The position numbers and the translations under genes are program-made. This document shows positions 1-11,450 of a stretch of DNA of 64,000 nucleotides, in pieces; within the stretch, counting starts at the first letter, position 1; the number at the start of each line of letters is the position of its first letter. The stretch spans positions 3,009,576 through 3,073,575 of the forward strand of contig MU057887.1 of the NCBI GenBank assembly GCA_013265495.1, written 5' to 3'. Under the pieces are notes generated by a model. The model was not told where the DNA came from. It worked only from the letters and a program-made list of their open reading frames with translations, and ran no database searches. Source of the stretch: Vicugna vicugna (Eukaryota).

Positions 1-134
1 GTCCCGAAGCCTGTCTCCCCGTGGGGTTTCAAGAGCACTTCTGGGGACGCCGCGAACTTCGGTGTCACTGCTTCCTGCCAGCCACCCGCTCCAGCAGCCG
101 GCACCTGGAACTTGCTGGAAAACAGAAGGACACA

Positions 135-470
135 CGGTGGTGGCGCAGTGCTGTTCCCCGAAATGCACGGTCCACTCGGAGCTGAGATGGGACAGTCCGG
201 AATCTGGGTCTTGCAGATGTAGTGGGCCGAGGGTCCTGAGATGGGGTCATCCAGGGTGACCCAGGGAGCCCGAAATCCAACCACAAGCATCCTGATCAGA
301 GACACAAGGCAAGATGCGGACACAGCGGAGGCAGCCATGTGAGACGGAGGCGGAGATCGGGGTGATGCAGCCATAAGCCAAGAAGCCCTGGAGCCCCTGA
401 AAGCAGGAAGAGGCCGAAGGACGCTCGCCCACAGACAAGAACGGCCCTGATGGGCTGGCGACAAGGGGCT
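135..470 (+). mobile_element. MaLR LTR, MLT1C-like
   Basis: Motifs gggtcttgcagatgt, gagatggggtcatcc, aaatccaa, ggccatgtgagacggaggcggagatcggggtgatgcagcc, agccaag occur in the order of the MLT1C consensus as I recall it; ends approximate. Confidence 0.75.
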
Positions 471-854
471 GTGACTGCAGCGACCTCTCCTGCGGACGCC
501 TGCCTCCCACTCGGCCCTGTGATTCCGGTGATGAGACAGCGCTGGGGCCCCGGAGAGGAGACCCTCGGGCAGCTGACTGGGTGGGCTGTCGGCCACCACC
601 TCCCGGCCTCTGACACGCCCACGAGGAGGAATGCAAAGGCCGCAGGCGAGGGCTTTCCCAGCCCGGCCCGTGGGCAGCGGCTCGGTGCCCCCGGCAGTGC
701 TGCCCCTGACCACCGGGAGCCTCGGGGCCTTTGGGAGGGGGTGTGGGGCCACCTGCTCAGCATGGAGAGGGGATTCGGTCCCCACATGGCAGGACACTCG
801 CCAGTCTGAATCTGCCTCTGCCACCCGTGCGTGGACTTGTCCATCTGTGAAATG

Positions 855-1180
855 GGTTTGGGCTGCTGTAGCAAAATACCACAGACGAGGGGAAGTATTT
901 CTCACTGTTCAGGAGCCTGGACATTGGAGATGGGGTCCAGCGTGGTCGGTTCTGGTTACGACCCTCTCCCGGGGCAGACTGGACTGCCTGCATCTTCCCG
1001 TGTCAGCAGGAGAGTGGGCGGGCTCTGCGGGGCTCCTCTAGGACACACATCCATTGTGGGGAGCCCCTCGTAAGCCAGTCACCCCCAAAGGCCCCACCTC
1101 CTGAGGCCACCATGTTGGGAGGGAGGGTTTTGACACATGGACTCTGGGTGAGGGGGACGCAGACACCCAGTCCCCCAAAC
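855..1180 (-). mobile_element. MaLR LTR, MLT1A-like
   Basis: tttgggctgctgtagcaaaataccacagac ... atttctcactgttc ... caaaggccccacctcct matches the reverse-orientation MLT1A/MLT1A0 pattern. Confidence 0.75.
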
Positions 1181-1437
1181 ACAGCATTAACGTGTTTGTG
1201 AGAGGCACTGGGAGCTTTGCAGACTCTCGACTTGTGGACAAGTGAGGGCTCAGCCTCCTGCTCTGGCCCGGCCTGTCCCCTGGGGGAGCACGTCCAGACC
1301 ATAATGACCTGAGGTGGGGGGGCGAGTGTGATGAGGACACGGTTGCAGGAACACCAGTGGAGCTCACAGGGGGTCAGACCGTTCGACTGTACTCACAGCC
1401 TCGTGTGATCAACACAGGGACCCTAGAAGGAAAGTGT

Positions 1438-1500
1438 GTCATTCTCCCATTTTACAGATGAGGAAACTGAGGCCCAGGGAGCTGAGATTAAGCAACTTCT
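1438..1500 (+). mobile_element. MIR SINE core fragment
   Basis: cccattttacagatgaggaaactgaggcccag is the MIR core motif. Confidence 0.8.
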
Positions 1501-3779
1501 GCAGACATCCCGGGGGAGGGGGCGCCTGACTCCCAGGCCTGATCAAGGAAGTGCCCCCTCCTCTGGGGAGATGGCCAGGAGAGGACGCTGACCAGGGTCT
1601 GAATCCCCGCCTTCAACTGCTTGAATCCTCTTGTCCTCAGAGTCTCGCAGCGCCCGTGAGACTGCTGGCCACGCGAGCGGCTGCGGCGAGGGGTCGCCTG
1701 GGGATAAAACTGCTGCATCAGACGGGAGGCTGCACACCAAATTGGACGTTTTCTGGTTGGGCCTGAACTTCTGCAAATAAAGTGTCCCTTGCAGAAGGAA
1801 GGTCCCCGGGGCTGCGGGGTCCCCGGCCGGCATGGGGAGAAGTGCGCTTCTCTGGGACGCTGGGTGGACCCACCCGGATGCCACCCCGCAAGCAGGGCGC
1901 TGGCCTTCCGCGCTCTGCCCGCCTCCCCCCCGCGGCAGCGTCGGGCAGTTCCTTAAACAGGGCAGGGCGCTTCCAGGGCGGCTCAGCCGAATCTCTGCAG
2001 CCAGTGACACCCAGGCAGCAGCTGGCCAGGGCGGACAGCACGGGCTCCGATCTAGGAAAATGCGGGTCCAGCCCCCTCCCTGCCACCTCGTTCCCTGGGA
2101 CGACTTTGGTGAGGCCGTGGCTTCCAAACAGGGTAACTTGTGGCAGGTCCTGGAGACGCACAGGTGTGGCACCTCAGCCAGCAGTCCGTTCGGGGTCCCT
2201 GCTCGGGGCGTCTCTCCGTCTAGGCAGACGTGGCTCAGAGGGTTGACGTCCTGAACACGCGACGGGTTTCCCTGCGTCAAACTCTGCGTGGCCCAGCCCT
2301 GCCTCTGCTGAAATTGGCTCCCCCTCCTCCCGTCACCCCACTGCCCGCCTGCTCAGACCGTCTGGGCCTCGCACTCCGTGTGAGGCTGAGCCCCGGCCCA
2401 GGCTCCAGAGAGAAGGACATTTTGACTCACTCGGTCTGTTCTGTTTCTTGGAAAAACAGAAAAATAAGATCTGTAAGAGACTCTGCAACAACGGGGCCTC
2501 TGGGGAGCCAAGTCGCCCTGTTCCCTTAATGACATCAGTGACCTTGAGACCCAGCCGGGCCGCGTGCCTGCGGATAACTGAGAGCGGGACGCTGCGTGTC
2601 CCCTCCTCCTCTTGGCCGGCCTCCCGCTGGCCGGGTGGCGGCTGGCATTTCTTAGGCCACAACCCGCGGAATTCAATACTTCATCACGGCCGCTGCTGCC
2701 CAGTGTGTGTCTTTTTATTTCCTCGGGTTTAGGCTTCTGATTATCGCGAGGCTTTGGGACGACGTGTGAATGATGTTCCAATTTAATCTTGCAGCACCGA
2801 GAGGGCCCCGGGCACCAGGTGGGGGTCTCCCGGGACATTTAAAGTGATTACGCACGGGGAGCGTGCGAGGAGAGCCCTGCCAGCGCTGACTCACAACGGC
2901 CCGCGGCTGCTGTCGGAGGGACACGGCCCGCTTAGAAGAGCCCCCCTCCCAGGCCTCTCACTCGCTTCCGCGTCTGTGAAGGAGGCCGCACGTCTCCAAG
3001 TCACGCCTGGACTTTCTTCTGCTCTGCCGTTTAAGTTTGGAACCAAGCGCACCGCAATGTGGTGTTAACGCTTGCAAGCAGGAACCAGCCCGGCAGCCTC
3101 CCCTTCTGACCTTAGCCGGGGAAGCACGACTGGACGCGTGTGGGGGCGGCACGTGTGAACATCTCGGTGGAAGTTTCCAGGCAGAGGCTCCATCGCCAGC
3201 CAGGGACTCGCGGCCGGGGAGGGCAGGGCCGTCATGACGGCCTGCCCCATCTGTGCCCGAGGACAGCGCCCACTGGCAGGATGTTCGGGGACGTCAGTGA
3301 CAGGCACGTGGGGGCAGTGCTGGCAGGTCGGTGGGCACGTCGCCGCGGGACTTCTTGGTGCTTCTCACCCCGGGTGACACTGCAGGCGCCGGACCACCCG
3401 TGGACTCCGCAGAAGGAAGCCCGCAGGTGAGGCTCTGGTCTCCCCGCAGCCCTCGGAGGCGGGTCCGCGTGGCCGTGACCACCGGCGCTCTCCCTCGCCC
3501 TCGAGGCCCCACTGAGGCTGTTTGTGACGGTGGGCTCCGTGCCCCCCCCCATGCCAGCCTGATCTGACCCACCCTCTCCCCTCCCTCTCGCCTCTCCGTG
3601 GCTCTGGAAATGCAGCACACCTTTCTGGACCCTGGATACAGGACGTAAGGGGACCGACCTCCCTGGGAACCAAGACTGGGGGACGCACACAAGGCACCTG
3701 TGACATGCTCTTCAGATGAGCGGGGTCGATGGTTTCCTGTGTCAGTGCCCCGCGTCCCAGACATCGAAGGACCCCTCCC

Positions 3780-3818
3780 ACCACACACACACACACACAC
3801 ACACATACACACACACAC
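3780..3818. repeat. (CA)n microsatellite
   Basis: cacacacacacacacacacacatacacacacacac seen directly. Confidence 0.95.
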
Positions 3819-6800
3819 GCTTCTCTGGGTGCCTGTCTGCACGCCTCCAGACACGTGTGCACGGCAGCCCAGATGACCCCAGGAGGCTGCAGGCTTGCAG
3901 GCTCCGATGCCTGGGAGGAGTGGGCGGGGAGGTGGGCGATCACCTGATCGCTCACATCTTGTCCAAAGCGGCATTTGGGGGAGGACCCTCTTGCTGGAGA
4001 CCAGGGTGGTTTTGCTTGTGTTTCTTGTTTGTTTGTTTTCACTATATTCCTAACAAACTGTGTGGCACCCCTCTGGGAAGTTTGGTTGTCTGACTGGATC
4101 AGGACGACCTTGAAGGCTCCCATGGATGGGGACCCACCTCTGCCGTTGGGCCCCTGTCCACAGACACGTTTCCATCAAACTTTGCTTGGCCTCCTCTTGA
4201 GCGAGGGGAGTTTCCACAGCCAGACCCCGTCTCGGGGGCGCAGGGAACGGGAGCCACGCCCTGGAGACAGGCTCGGCGTCTTCCCGAATCCTCGACCTGA
4301 CGTGGTCCCCTCACCAGTCCAGCCCTAGTGGCCCCTGGCTCAGCAGTCACCTCTCCGTAATGACATCCCCTCTCCCCCCAGCCGATGTGCTCACCTCCTC
4401 CCCTCTCCCCCAGCTCCACCCCCGCTCCCACGTGCGCGTGCACGTGTGCACTGCTCTGTCCCTCAGGTGTCCGTCGGACTCCTCGGAGAAGCTCCGGCCC
4501 CGGCAGAGCCGGCCCGGGTGAGGCCCTTGGAGAGCATCTGTTGAATCTGGCCCTGCACTGGGCACGATCTGCCCTGTAGGGTGACGCCAGGGTCCCCACC
4601 TCACACCCTCTGCCAGAAAGAAAAAGACATTCAGGGCAAAGAGCGGCCCCGCTGGTCAGCGGCCGGCCTGAGAGCGGGGAGGCCCGGGCTCTGGGTCTGG
4701 CGGGTGGCACCACAGGCTGGCCCCCTGCCGTTCCCAGCACATCCCCACCACCCCCACGTCAGACCCACAGGTTTGTCGTTTTTTTCACGACTCTTGCTGG
4801 AAGGTGAGAGATTGCTGCTGTCACAGCTTTGTCTATTGCACGGAAATGCTGCTGGAGACCGGGGAGCAGAGGGCTCTCTGAGGGGTGTGCCTGTCCGCCC
4901 GTCAGAGCCGCACCGGAGACCAAGGGGCCTGTGCACGTGACGTGGGTTTTCACCGTTTGGCGCTGAAAACCTGGAGGGTCCACAGCTGACGCGTGCTGCC
5001 GGCCCAGACAGCAGCCTCACGACGCTGTTTTCGCCCTGCGGAGGCCCTGGCCACACTTGGCTTCCGAAGAGAGACAGGCACCTCTCACTGCGGCGGGTGG
5101 GCGATCTGAGGGATGGAAGTCCACTTCCGGTGAAGAATTCAGGGCCCGGGGGCAATCAGAACTGGACCCCCTGCTCCCCGCCACCAGCAGCCGCTGGGCA
5201 GGGTGGCTGACCTCAGCTGATTCACCCAAGATAAAAAAGAGATCAGGGTTCTTTGCCGGTTTCTGGGTTTTGCGATGAAGACCCAGCCCACGGGCTTTCC
5301 ACAAGGGTCACCTGCCTAACCAGAGCCATAGCTTCCCAGGAAGAGGGAGCGGCCCTCGGTCCAGGTCCTTAAAGAGTCTGAAGCGCAGGCCCTCACACAC
5401 CCTCCCTGGGGAGGCCGAGGCCACCCGTCTGCCTGAAACAAACACGTGTTATCCTGGGAATTATAAGCAAACAAACCAAAGCTGCCAGCAGATTCACTGA
5501 ACATAGAAAAGCACAGAAAAGACACTGCAACCTACAGACGCAGGTGCGGGGCATGCCGGTCAGCAGGTCGCACGGGCAGAGGGGACGTGGACGCCACGGG
5601 GGAGCGCGCGTCCCAGCCAGCCATCAACGCCGTCTCTCCCGCTTCCGACAAGAGAAACACACTTTCTTCATGGGATATTGTGTTTTCAGTGAGTCTAGTA
5701 ATGAAATTTTTAAAAACCCAGTGATGTTGATCCAAATTTTAGCTGGGAAGCCTGTTATTAAAATTGATAACACCAGCCTAACGCGTTCTCAGTTATGGGA
5801 GCAGGAGGTGATAAATCTTGGAAATTTGCGTTGAATAAAAACGTTTTGGAGGATGCTTTGTAGTCAGGAAGATGAGCTGGCTTTCTGATTGGCTGCTACA
5901 GTGCAGAAGAATCAAAATAAGCGCTGGGACTGCGCGCACACCTCAGGGGACGCGCTGGGGTGGTGAACGGCTTTCTTGTTCGGCTCTCGAGCGTTTACCG
6001 CTAATCCCTTGGTGCCATTGACCGGGATCTGCAGTCCCCGCAGGCGCAGGGGCTGTGCGGGCGTGGAGACGCGAGCCCCGCCCCGGCCGGCCGCTCCGCC
6101 CCCGGACACCCGCAGGGAGGGTTCCCATGGGGTGACTTTCCACCATCCACGCTCGGGAGGCTGCATCCACTCACCTGCCCCTCGGCGAGCTCCCACGGAG
6201 GCTGGACGCCTGGCCCCACGCAGACCTGCTCGGGGAGTCACGTCCTGTTCTGTTGGGCCCCTCTTCCTGGAAGGGAGACCCGAAGTTCCCACTTCCTTCC
6301 TGTGAATAGACGCTGTTTTCATGATCATGTCAACAGGCCATAAACATGAATAAGGTTGCGTGTGATGACTGAGGTCCGGATATTAAAGTGAAACTTCAGG
6401 ATGAGGAGAGAGTGATCACAGAGGGCACCTGGACGAGTGTGACGCCAGGGCACACGGGCACTTACTCAAATGTCACGGCCAGGCTCCTCCGTGCCCCGCA
6501 TCACCCTGGCCCTGGCACAGAATGGGAGCTGACGCCTGTCCCTCAGAGACCACCTCGCTGGGCGCACACCTCTCCTGGGCTGCAGCCTCTGCTCCCTCCT
6601 CCGGGGCCGCCCAGGGGGCCCTCCAGAGGTGCTTCCGTCCCAGTGCCCTTGACACCCAAGCTAGCGCGGTGATGTTGGTCTTCACCTGACCTCTCCTGGA
6701 AGGAGCCTGCCCAGCAGACACAGGAATGCCTCCTCCAACCCTGGGCGTGTGTGCACATAAGTTCTATTTTGCTTTTCAGAACCCAAACCCAAAAGCCCTC

Positions 6801-7869
6801 CTGTTCCAGCTACCAGGCCGACTACTCCGGGCACAAGGACCAGAGCTGCTGAAGGCACAGTGGCAGCAGCCCCGCTGGACCAGGTTCCACGCCTCGAGCC
6901 CTGCCGGCCGGGTCCTGCCCCGGCGTGCTGCCTTTCTGTTTCCTTCCCCTCACTGACCGCAATCGTAACCGTGGGGCGTTTGGTGCCAACTTGCCTGTGC
7001 CCCGGGCCCCGTCCCCGAGGTGAGCACAGCCCTTCCCAGAGCTGTGGCCCCAGCACCCAGCCCCGGGCGGCGCTGGCGGGCGGGGTGTCTGCCAGCGGGC
7101 ACGGGGTGCTTTTCCAGGGTGAAACATCCCGGAATTAGACCCTGATAACAGCAGCACAGCTCTGCGAGCCGCTGTGCTAAACCCACTGAGTGCTTTCAAT
7201 GGTGGATGTTAACACACACACATATATGTTAACATCTATATATAGATAGATAGACAGATCTCAATTTTTAAAAAGTGTTTGCTTCAGACAAGATGGTGCA
7301 GCCCTGTTTCTCCCTGGTCTTTCCTATTAAGCAGGACCAGACGCTCTGGAAGCAGAGCAAGAGATGATCAAACCAGGACTCCAGGAGCGGCGAGCAGGCA
7401 GCCCTGCTGTGGGGCCCCAGGGCTCGGGGAGGAGCGCGGTGCCGGGGGTCTCATGCCCCCCACCCAGCAGAAGATGGAAACCGAGTCCCCGACTCTCTGC
7501 TCCCTCGCCTGCAGCGTCAGGCAGCCCCGCTGGGCTCACTCCGCCCAACCCGGGGAAGCGCCCTGACAGCATCAGGCGGCCGGGCACCCGGCCAGGGGAG
7601 TAATCGTGGTTCCTGCCCACACGGCAGCCCAGGGGCCCGCTCCTTGCTAAGACTGAGACTCCCTTTCCTGCTGAAAGGTCCAGAGGCAAGTCAGCCAAGC
7701 TGGCAGAGAGGCCCAGCTGCAGAGAAAGGCTGTCTTTCCCTCCCCTGCCCTGAGACTGGAGTGGCAGGGGGTCAGGTGGGCATCGCGTCCCCCCACGAAA
7801 GCCACCAGCCTGCCTGAGGAGACTCCTTCCTCCCTCTGGACAGAACCGACCAGAACCAGCGTGAGCCCC

Positions 7870-10800
7870 CCTGGCACTAGGCAAGCCAAGAACACCCAAA
7901 TAAACGGCAAAGTCTGAAAATTACACCGTCAGTGGGACCACAGCACACAAACGTCGGCCAGGACCCGCATACCAAACACAAACAGGGTGCCCGCCTGGTG
8001 AGATAAAAGATTTAAGTGAGACCCGGAGTCTCCGGGCATTATGATCAAAATGTCCAGGATACAACTGAAATCACCCATCATTAAAAACACTAGGAGAATC
8101 ACAACTTGAGTGAGGAAAGACAATAAAGTGACATCCAGAGCAAGATGAAAAGGACGGTGAAGTTGTCTGACAAGGAGTTGAGAGCAGGGCTCATAAAAAC
8201 GCTTCACCAATCAGTTACAAATTCCCTCGAAACAAGTGGAAGGTCAGAAAACCTTGGCAATAAAAGAGATCTATGAAAAAGAACCAAAGGGAGGTTACAG
8301 AGCTGAGAATACAGAAACACGAGCACTTGCCGGGTGGGCTCAAAACGAGCGGAGAGATAACAGGGAGCAGAGTCGATGAACTTGAGGGCAGAACAGTAGG
8401 ATTTACCCGAGAGAGAGAGAAATCAACAGGAAGCAGAAACGAGCAGTGCCTCCGGGACCTGTGGGAAAGTGACAAAAGATCCAGCCTTCTTATCACCGCG
8501 GTGCCAGAGGAAAGGAGGAAGACAGCGGGGCTGGGGGAGCTCTTGAAGAAGTAAGAGTCGAAAGCAGCCCGATTTGGCAAAAGACGCAAACGTGCAGATC
8601 CAAGAGAGTGGGGCAAACACAAAGAGACTAACCCAAAGAAGTCCGCACCAGAACACATCGTAACTAAATTCTGAAAACTGGAGGCACAGAACAACTTCTT
8701 GAAGTCAGCCAGAGAGAAGTGGCTCCGCCGCCTCCGGGAGAACACCAGTCTGTGTGCAAGGATTTCCCCCCCGAAGCCACGGAGACCGGGAGTACGTGCT
8801 GCAGCACTGCCCAGTTGCTGAAAGAAGAGTTAACTGTGGATTCCGCATCCGGCAAAACCGTCCTTCAGGAACGAAGGAGCCACGAGAACACCCTCAGATG
8901 AAGAGGAAACAAAGCATCTGCCGCTACTAGAAGGCCTGCTCTTGAGACTGGCCGAGTGCGTTCCTCGACGGAAAGGAAATGACGAACGAAGGAATCTTCA
9001 GCATCGGGAAGAAAAAGGAACAAAAGAAAGAACAGAAAGATGAGCACATACAGTAGAATTTTATGAGTGGCATTGGATGATTAAAGCAAAAACGGTAAGT
9101 CTGCCTAATAGCCAAGATCACGATGTACAAAAGTGAGGGAGACAAAAGCACCTAAATTTAGGGAGGATTCCACGCTTCACCTGAAGTGGTAATGCTGGTC
9201 CCCGTGGGCTGACAAAGTCACACGTGCTCATTAAAATACTCAGAAAAACCACTACAAAACTGTACAAAATGATATCCCAAAGCCACTATAGATGAATCAA
9301 GACAAAATCCTAAACATAATCAAAAGACTCAGAGGAATGAGATTTAAAAAAAAAAAAAGGAAAATAAAATGGTAGACCCTAGCACCAACAGGTCAATAAT
9401 TACCTTAAACATAAATGGTCTAAATACACACACAAAAATGGAGATTTGCAGAGTGACTAGGACAAAACAAAACACAATCCAGCTGTATACTGCTTCTAAG
9501 AAAGTCACTTTATAGTCAGTGGAATAGGCAAGCAGAAGGTAAGCGGATGGACAAACATATGCACCATGCACCACGCAGGCATCAATCGAGGGGAAAAAGC
9601 CGTGTCACCAGGGGCTGGGGTGGGGAGGGGAGGTGTCATGTGAAGGACACAGAGTTTCAGTATGATGAGATGACAGGGCTTCAGAGATGGATGGTGGCGG
9701 TGGGTGCACAGTACGATGACCGTATTAGTACCACTGAACCGGACACTTAAAAATGGCTAAGATGGTCCATTGTTTCTTACGTATATTTTGTCTCAATAAA
9801 ACAATTGAAAAAAACTGATGGAGTTGAAAGGAGAAAAGGTGAACCCATGGGTAGAGTTGAGCACTTTAATATTGGCCTCTTGGCAACTGAGAGAACTCTA
9901 AGACAGAAAATCCTCAGGGATACGGAAGGTCAGAAATGCACAATAAAAAACGAGACCTAATTGACGACACCCAGAACAGCACCGCAGGAGACATACGATT
10001 TTTCAAGGGCTTGAGGACCATTAATCAAGGCAGAGCATATCCTGGCCAAATTTGAAAACAAATTTAAAAGTACTGACACGAGAAGAGTGTTCTGTTTGGC
10101 CAGAAGGGAATCAAACTAGAAATCGGTAACAAAGAATATCTTTTAATACACGGGCGTTAAACAATGCACTTCTAAGTACTCCATAGGTTGAAGAGGAAGT
10201 CTCAAAAGACATTAAAAAATACGTAGAGCCAATGGAAACAAAAATGCATCAAAATTGGTGGGATGCAGTTAGCTCAGTGCTGAGAATGGATGTTGCAATA
10301 CTGAACGCTTAGGTAAGAAACGACCGTCTCAAGTCAATGATCAAAATTACTTCAAGGATCCGGGAAAGGAAGCAAACCAAACGCAACGGAAGCAGAAGGA
10401 AATAAACAATGAGACCAGAAAACAATGAAGTTAAAAATAGGAAACGAAAGAGAAAAACCTGGTTCTTTTTAAAGATCAACAAAATTAGTAGACTTCTATC
10501 AAGACTGAAAGAAGCAGAGTAAAGAACAAATCGCCACTATTAAAAGTGCAACAGAGGGCAATCCTACGGCCTTTAAAGACGTGACAGAGGCAGACTACAA
10601 AGTTTATTCTCCTGCATTCTACCATGTAGGTTAATTCCTCGAAAGTGCAAAATACCAAAACAGCCAGGATGAATAGACCATCTAAACAGATCTATAATCC
10701 TCAAAATTTTTAAATTCGTAATTGAAAAGCTCCTGAGAAAGAGATCTTCAGGCTCCGATAGGTTCAATGGAGAATTCTACAAATTTCTTACAGAGGGACT

Positions 10801-11450
10801 AACGCTAATTTTATGCAACATCTTCCAAAAATGCTTCCGGAGCACGTGGACTCCCACCGGCAAAGCAATGAACTTCCACCTGAACCTCAAATCTTACAAA
10901 AAGTTAACTCAAAGTAGATCATGGACTCACACATAAAATGTAAAATTACAATCTTCAATCAAAAAAAATAGGAGAAAAATTTCAGGCTCCATGGCTTGGC
11001 AAACAGTCCTCGAACCTGACACCGCCGCACAGACCCAGGAAGGCGACCGCTGATCCACTAAGCCTCGTCAGGACGCACACGCTGTCCTCTGCGCGCGTCC
11101 ACGGGAGGAGGACGAGAGGGCAGGCCAGGAACCACAAGCCGCCTGGGGAAAAGGCTTGTGAACCGCGTTCCGACACAGGACTAATAGCGAAACACCCAGT
11201 GAGCCCTGAGCATCCAGCGCAGGAAGCAAACACTCGGCCGGCAGTGGCACAGGGCGCAGACAGGCGTTTCCCTGAGGGGCCTACACGGACAGCAGACGCC
11301 ACGTGGAAAGAGGCTGGGCTTCTTCAGGTCTCCAGGAGATGCGAAGGGAACCTGCAGTGAGATCTCACTGTACTTACTGGACGTAAAAGAGTCAGCAGGT
11401 GTGTAGGGGCCCCCAAACAAATGCAGGGATCGCCACGCAGGCGTACAGGA
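7870..11450 (+). mobile_element. Old L1M LINE: ORF1 remnant, ORF2 endonuclease region and ORF2 3' part; RT core apparently deleted near 10830
   Basis: ORF 8273-8554 (MKKNQREVTELR...LRDLWESDKRSSLLITAVPEE) resembles L1 ORF1p. 9368 onward (atggtagaccctagcaccaacaggtcaataattaccttaaacataaatggtctaaat) resembles the ORF2 start. The + strand is A-rich. At ~10830 the sequence jumps to late-ORF2 sequence (aaaagttaactcaaagtagatcatggac). Multiple stops and frameshifts. Confidence 0.9.
9580..9815 (+). mobile_element. L1MB-like 3' end nested inside the older L1
   Basis: ccaggggctgggg...cagagtttcag...gagatggatggtggcggtgggtgcaca...ccactgaaccggacacttaaaaatggctaagatgg...tatatttt...caataaaa plus an A-rich tail: a typical L1MB 3' UTR. 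Confidence 0.85.

Noticed and set aside
5532-5735. Protein-like ORF MDQHHWVFKNFITRLTENTISHEESVFLLSEAGE...
   Set aside because: No recognised family and no convincing flanking splice sites; the region is better explained as an AT-rich non-coding element.
8273-8554. 93-aa ORF as a host gene
   Set aside because: It is a decayed L1 ORF1p fragment within a larger broken L1.
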